Source of the DNA: Candidatus Latescibacterota bacterium
GTDB lineage: Bacteria > Latescibacterota > CBDEFO01
Assembly (NCBI GenBank): GCA_965248755.1
Contig: OZ252149.1
Span: 4,128,001 to 4,192,000, forward strand
DNA: 64,000 nt
Reading direction: 5' to 3'
A program made the position numbers and the translations under genes. Positions 58,148 through 64,000 of the stretch are shown in pieces. Position 1 is the first letter of the stretch, and each line of letters opens with the position of its first letter. The notes beneath the pieces are model-generated. The model had not been told where the DNA came from. It saw only the letters and a list, made by a program, of their open reading frames with translations, and did not search any database.

Positions 58148-59029
58148 CTATTGCTTGCCGTTTGCTGCTCTTTGAATCGCTCCGTTTATGGCGCGCCGGG
58201 TCAACACTCCCACCAGGTGCCGCCTCTGAGCGACTGTCCCGCGCATATCGCTTATCGGTCTGGATGCCGCCTCGGCCGCTTGTGCTGCGCTTGCTATGAT
58301 CTCGTCAGAGACTTGACTTCCCGAAAGCAGCTCTCCTGCCTCCTCCACTAAAAGCGGCGTCGGGGCCACCGCTGCAAGTGCAACCTTGGCCGATACAAAG
58401 GACGTTCCAGCATCGTCCAAAACCACCGACGCGCCAGCTCCTACAACGGCTATATCCATTTCGTTTCGAGGGATAAAGCGGAGATAGAAAGCCCCCGAGT
58501 TTTCCTGTGGCGGCGGAATCTTAAAAGATAAAAGAAACTCTCCGTCTTTCAAGACAGTCTGCCCCGGTGCCGTGCAGAACTCCTCGGCAGGGACTTCTCT
58601 TGTTCCATTGGGGCCCGCAATTACACAGAGCGCATTCAGGACGATAAGGGGCGGTATGCCATCGGCTGCAGGGGAGGCATTGCACAGATTCCCCCCTACG
58701 GTGGCTCTCGCCTGTATCTGAATCCCGCCTATCAGTGAAACCGCATCTATCAGGCCCGGGTACTTCTGGACAACGGTCTTGTCTTCGTAGATTGTGTAGC
58801 AGGGGACTGCGGCCCCAAGATGGAGCCCCTCTGTGGGGTGATATGACAATTGGTTGACCTCTGGAATTTCCTTGATGTCCACCAGAAGTTTAAGGCTTCG
58901 GCGGTTCTCTCTGACCTGAACTATTATGTCAGTCCCTCCGCTTAAGACTCTGGCCTGATCTCCTTTTCCCTTGAGCAGGGACACCGCCTCATCCACAGTT
59001 TGAGTAGAAGCATAGTCAATCGCTTGCAA
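58148..59029 (-). CDS. XDH-family FAD-binding subunit
   Basis: LSGGTD, ATVGGNLCNASPAAD, PISDMRG. Confidence 0.93.
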   Translation of the reverse strand: MQAIDYASTQTVDEAVSLLKGKGDQARVLSGGTDIIVQVRENRRSLKLLVDIKEIPEVNQLSYHPTEGLHLGAAVPCYTIYEDKTVVQKYPGLIDAVSLIGGIQIQARATVGGNLCNASPAADGIPPLIVLNALCVIAGPNGTREVPAEEFCTAPGQTVLKDGEFLLSFKIPPPQENSGAFYLRFIPRNEMDIAVVGAGASVVLDDAGTSFVSAKVALAAVAPTPLLVEEAGELLSGSQVSDEIIASAAQAAEAASRPISDMRGTVAQRRHLVGVLTRRAINGAIQRAANGKQ

Positions 59030-59270
59030 AACGCTTGTCTCCTTTCAATATAAGATCTAACCGGATGATTCCTGCCAGCAAATCCCATTCAACCGGTTCG
59101 GATCGTAAGTTCATATTTCTATCTTACCTTTTGCAGAGATCCCTATATCTATTGATATTTTTAAACAAATAATAATAGGAAACAATACCAAGAAAGTCAA
59201 TCTAAATTTTAAATAATCGCAATTGTAGAATCCCACTGTCTGTTTAAGAACAGCGCATCGGAGTCTCACC

Positions 59271-59420
59271 ATTCACCTGTATAAGAAATATTGTGAATTC
59301 TGCGAGCAAAATGGTTTGAGGGCAAAGAGCAATACTGTCTTCGGGAGATGGATGGGAGAGCGGTTCGTGAAAGTCAGAAAAATGGATGGCCTTTAGTACC
59401 TGTGAGCCGGCCTAAGGGAA
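59271..59420 (+). pseudogene. C-terminal winged-helix remnant of a P4/D5-family primase-helicase
   Basis: LYKKYCEFCEQNGLRAKSNTVFGRWMGERFVKVRKMDGL*YL*. Confidence 0.7.
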
Positions 59421-59444
59421 GAGGCTATGCAATCACTTTAGACC

Positions 59445-59543
59445 ATGTAGGGTATGTAGGGTTTTGCTATACTGTTTGCCACAAGAAAAACTTTTTTATA
59501 GATAAACACTAAGCAAACTATACATACCCTACATACTATACAT
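59445..59543. other. Origin-like element: 9-bp iterons inverted across a 54-bp AT-rich spacer
   Basis: (ATGTAGGGT)x2, 54 bp, then ACTATACAT/ACCCTACAT/ACTATACAT. Confidence 0.7.
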
Positions 59544-59585
59544 AAAAGTAATACCTAACTGGCATTTTCTCAAAAGGAGGGAAAG

Positions 59586-59771
59586 ATGGATATCCACGAC
59601 ATGCTTACAGTCAAAGAAGCAGCCAGGTTCTTAAGGTGTTCCGAAAGGCACCTGCGTCAACTAATACACTTCGGACAGTCCACAGCGTACAAGCCGGGCA
59701 AACAGTACCTCTTGCCCAGAAGCAGTCTCCTGGGGTACTTTAAGAGATCCCAATATGCCCCCTTTGGGTAG
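59586..59771 (+). CDS. Excisionase-like HTH_17 DNA-binding protein
   Basis: LTVKEAARFLRCS..L..LI..G...AYK.G; AAGGAGG RBS. Confidence 0.85.
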   Translation: MDIHDMLTVKEAARFLRCSERHLRQLIHFGQSTAYKPGKQYLLPRSSLLGYFKRSQYAPFG

Positions 59772-59872
59772 GGATTCTACCCGCGATAGATTCAATCGGG
59801 CACTCAAGGGGTGCGAGGTGATGGGCCTACGTGAGCAAACTTCGCCATCTCAATCACAGTAAGGGCATTAGA

Positions 59873-61075
59873 TCACAGTGACTTGAAGTAAAGCTCTATA
59901 ATCTGTTCCTTCGACGCGGGGCGAGGATTGTTGGCCGGACTCCCGCTGTCTATGGCGTCCTCTGCCATCTTTTTGACTACGGGCTTCAGTTTGTCCTCCG
60001 TTACTCCTATGTCGCCCAGACGAGGCATCTCTATATCCCGATTCAAGTCCACTATCGCCTCCACAGCTTTCCGGGCACTTTCCCTTAAGGATAGTCCCTC
60101 CAAGTTCTCTCCCATCGCAAGGGAGATGTCGGCAAACCTCTCCAGATTTCCCACAAAGGTGAACTCCATAACAGCAGGGAGCAGGACGGCGTTGGAAAGA
60201 CCGTGATGTATGTGGAAGTACGCCCCTATCGGGCGGGACATGCCGTGCACCAGGGCGACAGACGAATTGCTGAACGCCATGCCGGCCTTCGTCGCTGCTA
60301 TCGTCATATTGGTCCTTGCCTCTATGTCGTCGCCGTTTGCCCAGGCGGATCTCAGGTTCCCCGAGATAAGTCCCACAGCTGACAGCGCAAGGGCGTCTGT
60401 GATGGGCTGAGCCCTTTTGGAGATGTAAGCCTCCACCGCGTGCGTCAGAGAATCCACGCCGACTGCAGCCGTGAGCCCCGGAGGAACCGAGAGGGTCAAG
60501 AGCGGATCAACTAAAGCCGCTCTTGGAAGTAAACACGGACTGCTCATCATCATCTTCACATTCCTCTCTGTGTCCGTGATCACTGCCACTTTGGTCACCT
60601 CGCTGCCAGTCCCCGCCGTTGTGGGAATAGCTATCAAAGGAGCCCCCGGGTGCGGTATCTTGCCCACGCCCTGATAGTCTTGTAAATTGCCACGGTTCGC
60701 CGCCATTACGGCGGTGCCCTTGGCCGAGTCTATGGGACTCCCTCCGCCGATGGCAACCAGAAAATCGCAATTTTCCCTTTTGTATATCTCCAATCCGTCC
60801 ATGACGTTCTTCCTTGTGGGATCGGGCTGGACGTTGTCGAAGACCGCAAACGATATTTTCTCATCTTTCAACTTCTCTGAAATCCTCTCCACATAGCCCA
60901 ATTCGGATATGCCCTTGTCTGTAACTATGAGCGCCCTGGTTCCGCCTATCCTTTTTGCTTCCTCACCGACAGATGTAGAGGCATCAGGACCTGTGATCAC
61001 CACAGGTGGAATAGTGAACATAGAACTTTGATTCATCTTTTTGGTCCTGTTGCCATTTTTTGCTCCTGTTGCCAT
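59873..61075 (-). CDS. Iron-containing alcohol dehydrogenase
   Basis: GGGSPID, PTTAGTGSE, DSLTHAVE, HGMS, HHG. Confidence 0.92.
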   Translation of the reverse strand: MATGAKNGNRTKKMNQSSMFTIPPVVITGPDASTSVGEEAKRIGGTRALIVTDKGISELGYVERISEKLKDEKISFAVFDNVQPDPTRKNVMDGLEIYKRENCDFLVAIGGGSPIDSAKGTAVMAANRGNLQDYQGVGKIPHPGAPLIAIPTTAGTGSEVTKVAVITDTERNVKMMMSSPCLLPRAALVDPLLTLSVPPGLTAAVGVDSLTHAVEAYISKRAQPITDALALSAVGLISGNLRSAWANGDDIEARTNMTIAATKAGMAFSNSSVALVHGMSRPIGAYFHIHHGLSNAVLLPAVMEFTFVGNLERFADISLAMGENLEGLSLRESARKAVEAIVDLNRDIEMPRLGDIGVTEDKLKPVVKKMAEDAIDSGSPANNPRPASKEQIIELYFKSL

Positions 61076-61289
61076 AATCTATTGTGAGATGCCATCTGCA
61101 TCTACTGGAGGGCGAACCATTTCGTGGGTTGTTGCCTTATCTGGCCTTACCCTGCCACGCGGGGTCGCCCTTTACATTCATTACGTAGTGTCAGACTCGT
61201 GTCTTCGCCCTACATTCTGTCTGGTATCTACTGGGCGGGTCTGCCCTTGCCTGTCCCTGCCTCCAATTGATGCTGTTGGGGGTCGGGAG

Positions 61290-62363
61290 CTACTGACCAC
61301 TCTCAACTTGCCTGGGGACGGGCACGTTTAAGTCCTCTGCTGTGCTTCTTATCTTGTTCCACGTGGATTCCTCTATGTATATGCCAGCTTTGAGTCTTGC
61401 CTTTCGGGTCTCCTCCTCTATCTCTCCGGGGACGTATATCCTTTCGACTCCGGGCAGGGTCTTTGAGGATTTCACCCAGTCTGTCAGGATCTGAGCCTCT
61501 CTCTTATATTCCTCAAGGTCGATGAAACTCTCTATCTTGATAGCCATAGCCAAAAAACCGCAGGCGCCGCGCGTCGGGTCGGGCTGACTGCATCCCGCCC
61601 AGGAGAGACCTCCAGCGAGCAGGTCCACGATCATCCCGAGTCCGAATCCCTTGTGCCCTGCAGGTCCGCCTAAGGGTGGGACGAAAGTGGAGGGATCTTC
61701 GGCAAAATCTATGGGATCAGTAGTTGGACTCCCATCGCTTTTCATCACCCATCCCTCTGGCATCTTTTCACCCCTTGCGGCTTTTAGTTGTATCTTGCCT
61801 CCTGCGACCACGCTGGTCGTGATGTCCAGCATAATCGGTTCTCCGTCAGCTTTTGGAACGCTCACAGAGATCGGATTCGGGGGGAGCCTGCGCTCACTTC
61901 CGCCGAATGGAGCCACAAACCGGCCGCCGCCATTTAGAAGAACAATCCCGATCATCCCTTCTCTTGCGGCCCTTGGCGGATAGTCTCCCAGACGTCCCGT
62001 ATGAGTGCAGCGATGTACGCCGACAGCGCCGAACGTGTGTTCTCTTGCCTTTTCTATGGCCATCTGCATAGCCCTCCGCGCCGCCACGATCCCGAATCCT
62101 CCCCTGGCGTCTATCACAGCCGTGCACGGAGTCTCTTTTACAATCTGGTAGAGATCTGTGCTGGCCTCACCGTGTCGCGGGTGTCCCGCTTGGATCTCGG
62201 TTACGTAGCTGGAAATCCTCAAAACTCCGTGCGAGTCGTGTCCGCACAGACTGGCATCCACAAGGTGATCGCTTATGATCCCTGCCTCATCAGGGGCGAC
62301 ACCGGCGTTTATGAATATACGAACGGAAAGTTCTCTCAAGTCAGTGTGTGAGAATATGGGCAT
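61290..62363 (-). CDS. Ldh_2 (malate/L-lactate/ureidoglycolate dehydrogenase-like) oxidoreductase
   Basis: GHDSHG, HTGRLG, PNP, GHKGFGL, YVPGE. Confidence 0.9.
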   Translation of the reverse strand: MPIFSHTDLRELSVRIFINAGVAPDEAGIISDHLVDASLCGHDSHGVLRISSYVTEIQAGHPRHGEASTDLYQIVKETPCTAVIDARGGFGIVAARRAMQMAIEKAREHTFGAVGVHRCTHTGRLGDYPPRAAREGMIGIVLLNGGGRFVAPFGGSERRLPPNPISVSVPKADGEPIMLDITTSVVAGGKIQLKAARGEKMPEGWVMKSDGSPTTDPIDFAEDPSTFVPPLGGPAGHKGFGLGMIVDLLAGGLSWAGCSQPDPTRGACGFLAMAIKIESFIDLEEYKREAQILTDWVKSSKTLPGVERIYVPGEIEEETRKARLKAGIYIEESTWNKIRSTAEDLNVPVPRQVESGQ

Positions 62364-62407
62364 TAGTCTGCTGCTGGAAATAGTAGACGGCGGAGGCTAT
62401 CCAAAGT

Positions 62408-62611
62408 GTGTAGACGGTGCATACCCTGCATACGTATATATAACTTTGCCACACAATATTTTTTTTGTAGACAACAAGTACAGTAAGGTATGCACCGTAT
62501 GCACCGTATGCACCGTATGCACCGTATGCACCGTATGCACCGTATGCACCGTATGCACCGTATGCACCGTATGCACCGTATGCACCGTATGCACCGTATG
62601 CACCGTATGCA
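62408..62611. other. Second origin-like element with an expanded right arm
   Basis: GGTGCATAC/CCTGCATAC, 54-bp spacer, then (GTATGCACC)n. Confidence 0.65.
62488..62611 (+). repeat. Perfect 9-bp tandem repeat (GTATGCACC)x13 + GTATGCA
   Basis: Counted directly from the sequence. Confidence 0.98.
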
Positions 62612-62719
62612 TAGATTGATTGGCCTTACCGCCATAGCCTTGTTTAATAAGCACTTCCACTTTTCCAGATCCTCCATCAATCTTTTGAATTAGTGACAAA
62701 TTGCACATTTAAATCCATT

Positions 62720-63145
62720 AGTATTACCTTGATCTCTACGTTTTCGGAGGTCTTGATCCCTAACGTCTTGTAGATCTAACTAACTGATCTCTGATCCTTT
62801 GGAGGTCTGGGTCTTCAATGTCTAGTAGATCTTACGCTTGATCTTTAGCTTCTTGCAGGTCTGGTGCTACATCCAAAGACTTTATAACCGCAGTTCGACC
62901 CTGACCTCGATATTTTACGGATACATATCCACCGTCCACCAGTTCTTTCAATCTCATACTTATCGTGCTTGGGGACTTGCCGAGGGCGAGGGCTATATTC
63001 TCAATCCCTATGGAACAGCTGACACTTAGGAAAGGATTTATTGTGGTATACACCACAGAATAATAGCAAAATACAAGAGCTTTGCTGCGTCACTCAACTT
63101 ACTGTCCCATAACACTGGTCTTATAGAGATCTCCTCCATATCCAT
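62720..63145 (-). pseudogene. Decayed HTH replication-initiator-like gene
   Basis: MDMEEI..KLSDAAKLLY (frameshift) GIENIALALGKSPSTISMRLKELVDGGYVSVKYRGQG; TTGACA-17-TAATAT promoter at 63229-63201. Confidence 0.65.
62729..62861. repeat. Five 24-bp iteron-like, GATC-rich units
   Basis: Units at 62729, 62753, 62784, 62808 and 62838; consensus TTGATCT-N12-AG(G/A)TC. Confidence 0.7.
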
Positions 63146-63248
63146 TTTTCCCCCCTTTCGTCTCGACAGTATTATACTAATGTTCAGTATACAGGAGAAA
63201 ATATTAATGAATGTCCGTCCTCTTGTCAAGCAAAAAACATATACCGAC

Positions 63249-64000
63249 TTAAATATCTCTTAAGGGCGATTGCCAGGCCTCCTTCAGTTCAAATATATCT
63301 GCCCGTACGACTTCTGCCTCATTAAGGCCCATTATGACCAGTTCTGTGTCGGCTGTGGTCTTACCTATGACTCCAAAAGCCACATCCTTTAGAATCTCTT
63401 CAAATCTGCCTCTATTCTCGGGGGCTACCTCTACGATAAAGCGCGAGTTGGACTCTGAAAAGAGGATCGTGTCGTTTCTTTCTATCGGGCAGACACGTGC
63501 GTCTGCCCCTGCATTGTCGTGTGACGTGGGAACTTCGGCAAGTGAAATGGAAGCTCCTACTTCCCCTGAAAAGCACATCTCGGATACGGCAACTCCTATA
63601 CCCCCTTCGCTGCAATCGTGACAGGTCCTGATGAGTCTCTCAGAGGTGGCTGTGCTCAGGGCGTCCATCGTCCTTTTCCCCTCAGAAGGACGGACAACGG
63701 GGCAGTTGCTGCCGGTATAGCCGTTCAGATCGTAGTAGTGTGAAGCCCCCAGTTCATCGTAAGTCCTGCCCACGACGTAGATCAGGTTGCCTGACTCTTT
63801 GAAATCCATCGAGATGACTTTCTGGACGTCGTCTATAACCGATATAGCTGAGATCAAAAGAGCCGGGGGAATAGGAACGCTCTTACCCTCTACGACAAAC
63901 TCGTTGTTCAAGCTGTCCTTGCCGGAGATAAAGGGGGTCTCATAGACTTTTGCTATGTCGTAGCAGGCCTTAGCCGCCCTGACAAGCCCCCCGAGTCTGT
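63249..64000 (-). CDS. purL: Phosphoribosylformylglycinamidine synthase PurL, 3' part (runs off window)
   Basis: PFISGKDSLNNE, IPP.LLIS, CHDCSEGG, EMCF, LFSESNSRF. Confidence 0.93.
   Translation of the reverse strand, partial: RLGGLVRAAKACYDIAKVYETPFISGKDSLNNEFVVEGKSVPIPPALLISAISVIDDVQKVISMDFKESGNLIYVVGRTYDELGASHYYDLNGYTGSNCPVVRPSEGKRTMDALSTATSERLIRTCHDCSEGGIGVAVSEMCFSGEVGASISLAEVPTSHDNAGADARVCPIERNDTILFSESNSRFIVEVAPENRGRFEEILKDVAFGVIGKTTADTELVIMGLNEAEVVRADIFELKEAWQSPLRDI

Noticed and set aside
62275..62708. ORFs with (VCT)n, (CIR)n, (HTV)n and (MHR)n as novel metal-binding proteins
   Set aside because: The 9-mer has no stop in any frame, so these ORFs arise automatically; the DNA-level origin architecture explains the repeat better

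Overview
Bacterial chromosomal window, most like an FCB-group organism such as Ca. Latescibacterota or KSB1. This is inferred from SprA, cohesin/dockerin proteins with an NPFNP...WDG C-terminal sorting domain, and a CBM9-like 'IDGDLSDW' secreted protein. Housekeeping and metabolic genes include lpxB, cobB, rtcA, pilM/pilN-like, sprA, lptF/lptG, a UvrD helicase, sat-DUF2061-cysH, sigma54-type fliC-fliS, an M42 peptidase, a xanthine-dehydrogenase-family Mo enzyme with MoaD, and the purL 3' end. Four layers lie on top of these. (1) At least four families of short palindromic repeats, including a 21-bp hairpin that nests in other repeats and in itself; repeats sit in-frame inside PurL, XdhA and a secreted protein, and supply the stop codons of lptF and cysH. 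(2) Two satellite/PICI-like origin remnants with the same design (9-bp iterons inverted across an exactly 54-bp spacer; one arm is expanded to 13.8 perfect copies), plus a decayed HTH initiator with 24-bp iterons. (3) A PocR-like kinase/receiver island with a decayed tandem paralog, lying between the two ends of a broken FG-GAP gene. (4) Many gene fragments and in-frame TAA nonsense codons. No rRNA, tRNA or CRISPR array was seen. All family calls come from motif recognition by eye, not database searches.
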